From positions 8,680,001 through 8,744,000 of the forward strand of contig JBHGNT010000020.1 in assembly GCA_043228905.1 (NCBI GenBank): 64,000 nucleotides of DNA. The letters run 5' to 3'. The position numbers and the translations under genes were made by a program. The notes below the pieces were generated by a model that was not told the DNA's origin, searched no databases, and was given only the letters and a program-made list of their open reading frames with translations. Shown here piece after piece: positions 47,467 to 59,600 of this stretch. Source of the stretch: Azolla caroliniana (lineage: Eukaryota > Plantae > Polypodiophyta). The stretch's first letter is position 1, and each line of letters begins with the position of its first letter.

Positions 47467-50067
47467 TTAGCCCCAACCCAAAACCTCGTCAGTTTGAGTA
47501 TTTTGCATCCATGTATGGAACGCCTTGAACAACCCTAGTTTTTCGGGTTGAGCTTCTTGCGTTGAGGCATTCATGTAGATGTTAGACATGCATACATATG
47601 CAGTTGAATCACTTTCTGATAGTTGCACTGCATGTTCAAAGGCATACCTCCCAACATCCACGTTGTTCCACTTCCGACAAGCTCCAAGCAAAATAACCCA
47701 CACTGCCATATCTGGATGGAGTGGCATGTTGTTAATGAACTCTGCTGCCTTGTCTATAAGACCAGCCCGGCCGAGGAGGTCAACGATACATGTGCAATGC
47801 TTAAGATTAGGGATAAGATCGTAATTATTGTCAATGGCTTCAAAGAACATCAGCCCTCTTTCTAGTAGACCAGCATGACTACATGCATTAAGAACACTTA
47901 CAAATGTAATGGAATTTGGTTCTGTAGCTTCATATACCATTCTATTAAATACATGAATAACCTTTTCACTTTCGGCAAGTTGAGCATAGCCTGCTATTAG
48001 AACATTCCACATGACTTGTTCTTGGACTGGAAGCCCCTCAAACAAGTCTTCTGCTTCAGCAAGAGAGCCACAATTAGCATACATATCAACCAACATATTG
48101 CCAACTAGGAGTTCTCCCTCCAATCCTCTCTTAATAATATCAATATGCAGTTCCTGCCCTTTAATTGTGGCTCCAATACGGCCACAAGATTTTAAGAGAG
48201 ACACAAATAAGACAGGATTGGGATGAATATGATCATTTTCGATGTCCTCCATAGCATCCAACACTTCCTCATAAAGATCATGTTCAATATAACCAGAAAT
48301 GAGGGAAGACCAAGATGCCACATCTCGGATTGGAAGCATGTTAAATAGTTCTTGTGCTTCAATGAGTAAGCCACATTTAGCATACATGTCAACCAAGGCA
48401 TTGCCAACATATGATTCTCTTTCAAACCCTGCAATTAATATATGAGCATGTATTTCCTGGCACTTGACAATTGTTCTTATACTGCCACAAGCTTTCAACG
48501 TGCAAATAAGAGTCACTGCATCTGGTATAAGGCCCTCTATTTGCATCTCTTTAACACAATCTAATGCTTCATCACCATGCCCATGTTTTGCATATCCAGC
48601 TATTAATGCATTCCAGGAGATTACTGTTCGACTTGGAAGCATGACAAGTAGTGCCTGAGCTCCTTCAAAATCACCACATGTGGCATACATATGGACCAAT
48701 GTGCTACCAACAAGGAGCTCTTTTTCGAGCCCTTTCTTAACAATCGCGATATGTATTTCTCTCCCTTGCATTAAGGCTTCCATGCTGCTGCAAGCTTTCA
48801 AGGTGCAAACAAATGTAATCGAAGTTGGAGAGACCATAGATGCTTTCATAATTCCAAAGCTTTGGAGTGCCTCTTCGCCATACCCATGCTCAACATACCC
48901 TGTAATAAGCACATTCCACAATACCACGTCTTGGGATGGAAGTTGATCAAATACTTGCTCTGCAACTTGAAGTAAACCACATTTGATGTACATATCAACC
49001 AAAGTGTTGCAAATGAGATGTTGTGTTTCTAGACCCATGCTTGTGATTTTGGAGTGCATCTCTTGTCCCTTTTCTGTGGAACCTAAAAGGGCACAAGCTT
49101 TCAGGCAGCAAAGGAAGGTGACATCATCTGGTGAAATGCCTTCTTGTTTCATCTCTTCAAACAAGGAGATCCCTTCCTCGGCAAGCTCCTGCTCTACATA
49201 TCCAGAGATCAATACGTTCCATGATACCACATCTCGATTGGAAATTTTATCAAACACTACTTGGGATGTGTCAAGCCAGCCACATTTCGCATACATATCA
49301 ACCAGGCTGTTACAAATGGGGAGGTCTTTTTCCAAACCTTGCATAATAACCTCAGCATGCAATCTTTGTCCTTTAACTTCATCTTGAATTCTTCCACAAG
49401 CTGTCAAACCACATAGAATTGTGACAACACTCAGTGAGATGCCTTCTTTTTCCATCTTTTCCAAACACTGCAGTGCTTCTTTACCATATCCATTATCTGC
49501 ATAACCTGAAATCAATGCATTCCATAAGACCACATCACGCATGGAAATCTTGTCTAACACTTCCTGTGCCTTTTCGAGGGAGCCACATTTCGCATACATA
49601 TGAACTAAAGCACTGCATACAAAGCCATCACTTTCCAGCAAAGCTTGCCCAACAATATCCTTATGTAATTTGCCACCCATATCCAAATCTTTAAGATCAG
49701 TACAAGCCTTTAATAAGGCGACAAATGCATGTCCACTAGGGCGCAATATAGAGCTATTTTCTTGCATTTTCTGATACATAAAGAGGCAAAGTCGAGGTTC
49801 CTGACATTTGACATAGCCAATTATAAGGAAAGTCCATGAAGTCTTGTCTTGGTAAGTTAATTTGTCGAAAACTTGGTGGGCATGAGGGGGGCTCTGAGCT
49901 TCCATGAGCATGAGGATGAGATGATTGGCTATGGAAGGTAACGCTTCAAGGCCAAGGAGGCACAGAGAGGCCTGAAGGTGCAACATATGCCTTAAACAAC
50001 AGCAATCTTTTCTCCTTGAATGCTGCAAGATGCATGAGATATCGTCTATGGAGGGTGGTAAGAACAT
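47467..50067 (-). CDS. PLS-class pentatricopeptide repeat protein with E domain (no DYW), 866 aa; probable organellar RNA editing/processing factor
   Basis: Repeated LVDMYAKCG...A..VFD....DVVSWN.LI.GY units and C-terminal HCTCIVDLLGRAG...W..LLGAC...YVCMSNIY. Intronless. Confidence 0.95.
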   Translation of the reverse strand: MFLPPSIDDISCILQHSRRKDCCCLRHMLHLQASLCLLGLEALPSIANHLILMLMEAQSPPHAHQVFDKLTYQDKTSWTFLIIGYVKCQEPRLCLFMYQKMQENSSILRPSGHAFVALLKACTDLKDLDMGGKLHKDIVGQALLESDGFVCSALVHMYAKCGSLEKAQEVLDKISMRDVVLWNALISGYADNGYGKEALQCLEKMEKEGISLSVVTILCGLTACGRIQDEVKGQRLHAEVIMQGLEKDLPICNSLVDMYAKCGWLDTSQVVFDKISNRDVVSWNVLISGYVEQELAEEGISLFEEMKQEGISPDDVTFLCCLKACALLGSTEKGQEMHSKITSMGLETQHLICNTLVDMYIKCGLLQVAEQVFDQLPSQDVVLWNVLITGYVEHGYGEEALQSFGIMKASMVSPTSITFVCTLKACSSMEALMQGREIHIAIVKKGLEKELLVGSTLVHMYATCGDFEGAQALLVMLPSRTVISWNALIAGYAKHGHGDEALDCVKEMQIEGLIPDAVTLICTLKACGSIRTIVKCQEIHAHILIAGFERESYVGNALVDMYAKCGLLIEAQELFNMLPIRDVASWSSLISGYIEHDLYEEVLDAMEDIENDHIHPNPVLFVSLLKSCGRIGATIKGQELHIDIIKRGLEGELLVGNMLVDMYANCGSLAEAEDLFEGLPVQEQVMWNVLIAGYAQLAESEKVIHVFNRMVYEATEPNSITFVSVLNACSHAGLLERGLMFFEAIDNNYDLIPNLKHCTCIVDLLGRAGLIDKAAEFINNMPLHPDMAVWVILLGACRKWNNVDVGRYAFEHAVQLSESDSTAYVCMSNIYMNASTQEAQPEKLGLFKAFHTWMQNTQTDEVLGWG

Positions 50068-51448
50068 CTTGCATTAACATCAGAGCCGTGCAGACGAAGA
50101 AGAATAAGATCCGTTGATCATTGATGAACAATGGTATAGAGAGATGGAAAAGTTCCACCAAATTGCTTGTGGTGACTTGAGGACTGCACAGGACGATACG
50201 TGGCGTGGCGTCTGAACGAAACGCAGTTTTCTCATAATTCTATGCTTGCATTATTCAAAAATCACAATTAAAATTTGAGATTAGAAGTAAAATTCCCAAG
50301 ATGCCTTAGGATAAACCCCTTCAGATTATCAACCAATTTAATCAACGATTGATGAGTTCTAATGAATTATGCCTATTAATCAATTTTAGTTACATTATGT
50401 TTATTGGAAACTAGAAAATTATGCTCATTGATCAGTTTTAGGTTCATTTATGTTTACCATACCAGCAATTTATGCTTATCATGGACCAGGTTTGGTTTAA
50501 GTTAATCTGGTCTAAGTTATGTTTCTGGCACACTATCATATTATGCTTATTTACCAGTTTTGGATTAAATTCCGTCTATCAGTCCTTGGTACGGATGATA
50601 CACTATTAGGTTGAATAGGGACTAGCATGTACACATCATAAATGTTTCATTTAGTTAGGTCATTTGCTTGGATTTTGAGAACAGTATCAAACATCTTTAG
50701 TCTGGACATTGAGTTGAAGATAGTGAATCATATGATTTTGGTGCACATAAGGAGATTTTGAATGAACTATAAAAATTGCTGAGTACAGTTGAAACAAAAG
50801 AATCAGATAAACTGTTCTTTCAATTACAAACACTACTAGACCCAATGAATACTTGTTCATGCTGCAAGCAACCAATTAATTAATATAACAGAAGCAAAAC
50901 ATTATCAAGATAAAGCAATGGACATGCTGCATTCAAGAATTTCGAGTATCATTACAGGTTTTGGTATTTTGCATACTCTAACAACATGCATGGCTATTTA
51001 CCAGAATTTCCAAAACAAATACACGCTTTTGAAAGAAAAAGCATCACAACAAATTTCAAGAAATATTTTTCAATGTCATGCAAATAATGCTTTAACTGGT
51101 TCATCAAATGAAATGGAAAAAGAAACATCTAGAAAAATAATATCTACGCCATTTCTTGGGGCAGTTAAATCAACATTTCCGTCTCTATGTTTAATGCTCA
51201 AGTTGGTTGGAAGGTCATTCAGAATTACAGTCTGTCCTTCAAGCTGACTCTACATAGTACACACTACAAATGTGCATGAAATTAAAAAATTTGCATCAGA
51301 TGGTTTCTGAACCCCGATGACGTAAAATACAACAGAAGGAACTCAAATGCCCTTTTTATCCCCAAAATTGTGGAAGACAGCACCCTGAATCATGACTTGC
51401 AATTCACAAGAAAAAGCACTATGCATGTGATTCCCAGAAGAAATGGAT

Positions 51449-51663
51449 CTACAACTGAGACTTGGCAATCTGTTCTCTTCTCAATACGAGCAGCCGTTGA
51501 AATTCTTGCTGACTAGCACTGATCACTCGCTTTGCAGCATCGAAAATGGTTAGGCGGATACTGCACTCCATAAAAATAACCACAGGAATATTTAATTAAG
51601 AGTACCAAAGAATATATGCATAAAAAACCATAGGCCATCCTTAATTCTCTAACGTTAAGGCAG

Positions 51664-51711
<48 letters not shown>

Positions 51712-54295
51712 ACACACACACACACACCTGCTAGTAGGTAGAGTTTTAAGAGCATTTGGAATAAACCCTCGGTACAGCCCAACAACCCCGTCTCTGGCTA
51801 TTATACCTATGTACACCAAGTTTCATGCGTCAGTAGTATGAATAACATGAGGCATTACATCAATGAGGCTGCCATTCAGGGCATCACTACTAGCTAGTTT
51901 GCAATAGGTAAAGACACAAGGCTTACGATGCCATAGTCATAATACTAGAATGTGAAATAATGATTTTCTAGGAGAAGGGTTCCTTGCCTGGAAGAGCATC
52001 AGCAACATTGAGAAAAGGTGTGCCTTTCATTTGTAGCTGTCTTCGAACTGTATCAAGTGGATAGCACATCGATGTGGCTAATGTTGCAGACAACAGAGCT
52101 GTAGTAAACGATGCTGCTGGAGTTTGCCGAACATCCTCTGGAAGAGATTTCTTAATTCTGGTTACATGCCAAAAAAATATGTAGTTAAAACAGAATAGGA
52201 GATTCAAGTTCCTTCATGGAGAAGCTGATACTTTAGTACCAAGCTCTAACTGCTTACAGGTCAAAGGCACAAAAGTTCAAGGCAATGTATGGGGCAATCC
52301 CTAGCAATGATGGACCCAGGCCCCTGTAAAAGGACAACATGCCTTCTTCACGAAGCATGGTTGACGCCACCTGTACACAAAAGCGTGTTATTCTCATATG
52401 CTCAATGGATACAGTTTTTTGCACAATAACGCTGTTTATGATTCAAACTACTTGCCCCAGCCATAGATTTGCCAACAGGACCAACTGCTAACCGTAGTCG
52501 GAGTACATCGAGTGGATAAGTAACCTACAAAGTGACCAGAAAGTTTCCACAAAGCAGCACATTCAAAAAAGCCAATTGTCTGCTGTATAATAAGTATATG
52601 AATCTGACTACTAAAGAAACACAACTTACAAATTGTTCAAATTACAAGGATGAGATGAAACAATATGATAAATATTTTTACCAAAGTAGAAGTCATGCCT
52701 GCGCATGCGCCAGCAGCTAATCGGCCCCCTACTGACAACTCCTCATTGCTGCCTTTAAAAAATTTCTGACCATAGGCCACATAAAAAATGGACGGGTTAT
52801 GCATCCATCTCCTGGACAATAGCATACTACACATCTAATACGCGTCTTCATACCAAAAAGGTGTACCTTGTAAGCTTCATATGCAAAAAGTTGCACAGCG
52901 CTGTATGGAACAACCCTTATGACCTATGGTAAAGAATGAATGATAAGTGCATGCAATCAAAGGACGGTTGGCCCAACACAAACAAGAAAGCAATCTCATG
53001 GGTACCTGAGGGATGTTCCCTCTCCAATACCCTCTCAATCCTTCATCTTTGCCAATCTTCATTGTTGTCTGCCACAATGAATTCCCGTTATGTTTGCAAC
53101 AATCTGAAATGATAGTTATTACTGGAAAAACAATTCTCTCACGAGCAGGAAAAATTTCTTCCTATCGTAACAAAAAGTTGTATGTCAACATTAAAAGTAG
53201 AGATGGTTTCATTTTTCAAGTTCATGGCTTGGTTTTGTTCACGCACATGTCAGTAATAATAGGTATGTTTTGAAGATTACATCTAGATATGTATGAAAGC
53301 ATAGCTACCCTCTAAACATCTTTCCTCCAACACCATAATTGCAATCATTTGTGGTTCCTTGAGTTTAAACAAAGTATATTTACTCCAACACCATAACTGC
53401 AATGCATTTGTGGCTCCTCAGAGTTAACACAAAATATCAATGCTAGTTGCAATTTCATGCACACACTGACCAATCAAGATATACCTCCAAGAAGCCCAGC
53501 CCTTTCTTTGCAGCTTCTTCACTAGCTTTCAGACTATGGACCTGCAGTAAATGTTAAATAGAGTCTAAGAGAACTTTCATCAATAGACATACACATACTT
53601 GGTACACATACACGTACATATACACACATGTACACACACACACACACACAAATACATACATACATACACACACAAATACATACATACATACACACACAAA
53701 TACATACATACATACACACACACACACATACGTACATACATCCACACATACATACATACACACACACACATACATACATACATACACATGAACATACATG
53801 CACATACATGCACATACATGCACACAATTTTTAGCAATGCGTACATACAGGTGGACAATGAATTGCTACCTGCATTGAGAGCTTGATTCTATCCAATGGG
53901 GCAGTGACAGTTTTCGCCGCCACACCTGCAACAGCACCAGCAAGGAAGAGGGCTGCATCTTTGGGCAGGTAGGAGAGGGTGGCCAGGGGATGCTTCCACA
54001 GCTGCTCTGGGGAGGGGTGCTCCACCTTATCATGGTCTTCTTCAGACTGCATACCCCATTTGATTAAGGGAGCAAAGCTCAAGGAAGCAAAGGCATGACG
54101 GGTAGAGCTACAGCTAGTGCCACTAGAGTGGGATAGCGATAGGGTAGAGGGTGCAGCTGGGTGGGCCTCAAGGTGATGGCCCCCAGCCCCAGCCATTACG
54201 TTAATTTTGCAATGGAGGCGGGAGACATGGCCTAATTTGCTACTCTGCTCACCATCAGCAGTCGCAGCAGAAACGCGCAGCTTGCGGTGGACCAT
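51449..54295 (-). CDS. Mitochondrial-carrier-family ADP/ATP carrier (TAAC/EAAC-like, plastid), ~10 exons
   Basis: LFLAGAVAGVAAKTVTAPLDRIKL, GYWRGNIPQV, RLAAGACAGMTST, YPLDVLRLRL, CYPLDTVRRQLQMKG and GLYRGFIPNALKTLP; long N-terminal extension. Stop TAG at 51451-51449. Confidence 0.9.
51667..51727. repeat. (GA)n(CA)n microsatellite at an intron edge of the carrier gene
   Basis: Directly visible. Confidence 0.9.
53590..53826. repeat. (CA)n/(CATA)n compound microsatellite in intron 1 of the carrier gene
   Basis: Directly visible; source of several spurious ORFs. Confidence 0.9.
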
Positions 54296-56613
54296 TTGGT
54301 GGGCGGCAGGGGGAGCTTCTGCTTTGCTTCCTCCTTTGCTTTTGGAGAGGAAGAGTTTATCTATCTATCTATCTCTCTATCTCATACAAACACAGTTCTT
54401 TTACTTGGGTCCTTGCTACATACATATTTAGCTTAGCCATGCCCATCCAACCCACCCATACACATACATACATACATACATACATACATACATACATACA
54501 TACATCAAACATGCACATATGTACTTACATACGCTCGTGACTAACTACTACCAAAAATTTAAGAGCGCAAGTGAGGCAATCGTGGGCGCGGACGGTGCGA
54601 CCAGCACCGTTGATGGTGCGTGCGATCTCCACCGCCCAATGTAGATAAAAAGCTGGACGACGACTGTCACCAGGAGCCTGACTCTATCATAGGGAGCCCC
54701 CGCTGTCTAACAACCTCTATAACTAGGAGCCCGACTTTGTCAAAAGGAGCCCCTGTTGTCTGACAACCTCTATCACCAGGAGCCCGACTTAGAAACAAAC
54801 ATCAAAAACTCCAAAAAATTGTAAGTGTACAACAAATATATGCCATGAAAATGATGCATAAAATTACTCAAAAAGACGTAAACTTCCAATTGCTCAAAAC
54901 CTAAAACTTGAAATTCAAAAATCACACAAACTTATATCTCCAAGCTTCAAATAACAAATCAACTTAAAGAATCAAATAACAAGTCTTACATAAAATATTA
55001 GAACATCAAATGTTGACAATGGGAATAATCCAAGCCATGGAACCCTAAAAAGAAAATATGAATACACACATTACATATAACAATTATGGCTATGTCAAGA
55101 TGATGGCAAAATGCAACCACAATTTTTACATGTAACAATTGAGTCCTTTGAAGTCAAGGTCAGGCCATCGCAATGCAAACACCGAACCTTCTCATGGTCA
55201 CATATTGACAATGGCCTCCTAGTCCGACTTGCACTTCTTTGTAGTTTTCCAGTGTGGGATTTGGAAGTGTTTGGGGAGCTGCCAATAAGTTCTTGCGAGA
55301 TGTCTATTGTTGCGCTTCTTTTGGCACCAATTAGTTGGTTACGACTTATCGATCTGCCATCTTCTTCATTTGTTCATTTTGGTGCACCAACGCTATACAC
55401 CTTCTCAGTCATATCTTCCAATGTTTGTATACATTCCAAAATAGTTGCACGGTCAAAGGTTCTTAACCCTTGCTTGAGACATTGTAGTGCTTCCTCGACT
55501 GTTTGTATTTTGGACTTCAATGATTCAATCTCTGATGTTGTGGGGTTTGTCTCCTCGACTCGTTCTACCTCTATCGCCATTTCTATTTCTGTATTATGGT
55601 TCATTCGCATTTGGGTCACATGATCTATAAAAGGTAATGAGCCACATAAATGTGGCATATGCCTCTCAATAATCATTCGCATACCGAGTAAATGCTTACA
55701 TTTACTCGCAAGGTCTTGGCAATCACAATATGAGCATTGGAGTGAGACATTATACCATACAGTGGGAGTCGTCATGCTCAAGATTCTAAACCAATAGTGG
55801 GCCTCGTCCACAATATGCATTGTGAAAGTATCATTGACATACCTTTCCAATATTCTCTCGGCCTCTTTAAGTTGGGACCTTTGATCCTTACAATTTGCAC
55901 GGGGTGAAAATAGACCACTCTCACATATTTATTGTCGTTACTTGTACCACTCAACGACCGTTCCTCTAATGCAAGTGCCAGTTTCACTGTCCCCGATTAA
56001 GACATGCACAAGGTTGGTAATTGATCGGTTTATTCTTCTTCTCAAGGCAGTATACTTGATAAACTGCCAATGTCTTTCCACAATATTGGTAGTGTCAACA
56101 TGTCCGTAGTTGAACATTCTACCAAACTTGGGCCAGAGTTTCCTCTATGCACATGTCAAACCACACCATCCTCCTATATATTGCCAAACATCGGGCTTGT
56201 CTGCATATTTTACCTTTAACTCCTCACACATCGCATTGAATGCGGATTCAGTAAGGCATTGCATTAGTTGGCACATTTGTTGATAAAGATGGCTTCTCTG
56301 AGTTGCACTTACTTTTGGCAACAAGTTGTCCACCCATGGTGCGTGAAACTAACACAACAAAAGTCGACAATGTGTTTGTGAGTGTTGCCCATTGATAACA
56401 ATCCAAGATTGATGGTCTATTGCAACCACATTAGTTATATGATGTCCAACATTTATTAATCACTATCGCATTTGACCTCAATGTGGGCATCCTTGCGAAT
56501 ATGACTCTCAAGAAAGTTTCTAATGCAAATTGCTCATGGTTTGACCCCTTATCAAAACTACAACGCATGTACCATAACAGGATCCCAATTCCCATTGGGT
56601 TGGGGGCAACGAT

Positions 56614-59600
56614 TGTCGAATACATGTGTATAATGGACGTATTCACACTATCCCGTTTTGGCCATTTATGTAATTAGCATAAAGGGTAGTTGCCCTAAGT
56701 CGGTCACTATATATAGTGACCTTGTAACCTCTTTGTGAGGTTGGATGTTGTATTATTGCTTTATGAAATAAAGACTCTTTTGTGTCTCTCTCTCTCTCTC
56801 TCTGTGCAACGACCTAGAAACAGCCATATGCAGGGAATAAACAGGAATCGAAAGACATTTGATCTTCCGCACTGACGACATTGCTTCTAACATCTGGTAT
56901 CAGAGCATTCGAGGTTCGACCGTCATCACCGCCTGCACAGCATTCGGTTCTTCACTTCACCGCGGCCTGCACAGTATTTGCGTCATTCGAAGAAAGAGAG
57001 AAGAAGAACAAAAACCAGGTTTGCATCTCATTGCGTTAGATCATCTTTGCTTGGAGGAAGCCAGTAGGTTGTACTCTGTCCTCCGAGATCGTAACCGCTC
57101 GAGGTGAAATCCCCTTGTGCAACATTGACACGATCGTGCTCCACTCGGTTAAACGGCATCCGAAGAGGTCTTCAATCGCCGCTCGTTGTAACCACTCGGT
57201 GCAGATCGGTCTCAAGACAACAACCCCAATTCGTGCTTCATCCGGCTGATCGACATTCGAGAGGATCAGTTGGATCCATCTCTCTCGCCGCTGCAGTCAA
57301 CCGAAGCAAAATCGGTCCAGATAATCGGTTTTAATAATCGGTATTCGGCATATATATCCGAAACGAACCGGGCTCACTCCGACTCGGCAACATTCGGGAA
57401 GACCAGTCGGCTCTGTCCCTCAAGCTACCGGAGTCAATTCAACTAGAACGATATCGGGTGAGCCTACCGGCTGCACTCCAACAAGATTCGTAGTCAACTC
57501 CGAACCGAGCTTCGTCAACCGAAACCGAATTTGATGGCATCAACATCCGGCTCGTCAGAAATGAGTCTACGAAAGTTCGATGGATCGAACTTCAACTTCT
57601 GGAAGGAACAAATGCAGGACTATCTCATAGTCAAGGGGCAAATTGATCCCATCGAAAATGAAGAACCTCCAGAAGGATACAAACCAATTGAGTGGCAGAA
57701 GCTGGACAGAATCGTCCGCGCCACGATTCGGATGCACCTATCGGAATCGGTATATTTTACGGTGCAATCGTGTACGACAGCATTCGAACTGTGGAAAACA
57801 CTGTCGGACACTTACGAAAAGAAAGTCGCCGCAACGAAGATGTTTCTGATCCGGCGCCTCTACAACTTGCGGATGAAAGAATCCGATTCGGTCCAAGCAC
57901 ACCTCAATGAGTACGAAAGCATAAGCTCCCAAATCTCGTCACAGGGGACGGCAATCGAGGATGAACTCAGAGCAATGATACTCATGAGCAGCCTTCCCTC
58001 ATCATGGGAAACTTTCGTCACAACCGTGTGCAACGCGTCAACCACGGCTGTTAAATACTCCGAAGTCACGAGCGCAATCCTGACCGAAGCAGCTCGGAGA
58101 AAGTCCTTCGCCAAAGACTCAACAGACGACGCTTATGTAGTACAAGGTTCGACAGACCGATCGAACATACGAGGAAGAGATTCCTCACGGCCGCCGAACA
58201 ATCAGCGAAGACGGAGCCAGTCACGGGACAACCGAATCTGCAACTATTGCAAGAAACCCGGACACATCAAAGCCGACTGCCGTGCACTCAAGAACAAGAA
58301 CAACAAGAAGAGTGGCCGGCATGAGGAGATCAATTACGTCAGCTCCTCAGCTGATGTACTACCGGACGACCCGAATATACTATCAATCGAAAATCCAGTC
58401 GGATCAGAAGTTCTACTCACGACTGAAGAATCGAGCACATGGCTCTTAGATTCGGGCGCGTCATTTCACGTGACTCCTCATCGGTCCCAATTTCGGCAAT
58501 ATACGATCCGTCACTCCGACTCAGTTCGAGTCGGCAACTCACAACACTGTGACATCATCGGAATCGGCACAGTAGAGCTCAACCTTGCCGGTGGCTCTAC
58601 ACTTGTACTCCACAATGTCCGACATGTACCCGAGCTCTCAAGGCCATTGATCTCAGTCGGACAACTAGATGAAGACGGCATTCGTGCCGGTTTTTCTTCG
58701 GGAGGGTGGACACTCCACAGGGGGAACCTCCTGCTTGCTAGAGGACCCAAGATACACTCCCTGTATCCGTTACATGTTACGCTCAGAGAGGGTAACCTGT
58801 TTTTGGTGGATATTCCTGTGTCATCACTATGGCACCGAAGATTAGGACACCTCAGCAAGGCCGGCATCACGCACCTATCTAGAGCCGGATACATCCCCAA
58901 ACTCTCCTTCTCCGACCATCAATTCTGCGAGCATTGTCAGTATGGCAAACAAGCAGCCGCATCACACCCGACATCAGCACCAAGAGAAACGAGCCCTCTT
59001 GATTTAGTCCACTCGGACGTCTGCGGCCCAATGCCGCATCAGTCTCTTGGCGGTGCCTCTTACTTCGTCACTTTCATTGACGATTCGACTCGAAAGGTGT
59101 GGGCTTATCCAATTCGCACCAAAGATCGGGTCTTCTCGATCTTCTCAGATTGGCTCGCTATGGTAGAAAATCAAACCGACCGAAAGCTGAAATGCTTTCG
59201 GACCGACAATGGGGGAGAGTTTAAATCCGAAGAATTCGTCAAATTCTGCCGACAACGCGGCATCCGACGTGAATTTACGGCACCACACAGTCCGGAGCAA
59301 AACGGGATTGCCGAACGCATGAATCGGACAATCCAAGAACGGATAGTTTCCATGCTCCAACACTCCGGACTGTCGGATGGCTTCTGGGCAGAGGCTCTAC
59401 TCACGGCAGCACACATAATCAATATGTCGCCAAGTAGACCTCTAGGACTTCAAATTCCTCAGGAACTATGGATCGGCAGTAAGCCGAATTACGACAAGCT
59501 GAGGATCTTCGGATGCGAGGCGTACGCCCTTATTCCGAAAGATGATCGCCGAAAACTTGCACCTCGGTCCAGGAAATGCATTTTCCTTGGATATGGATCA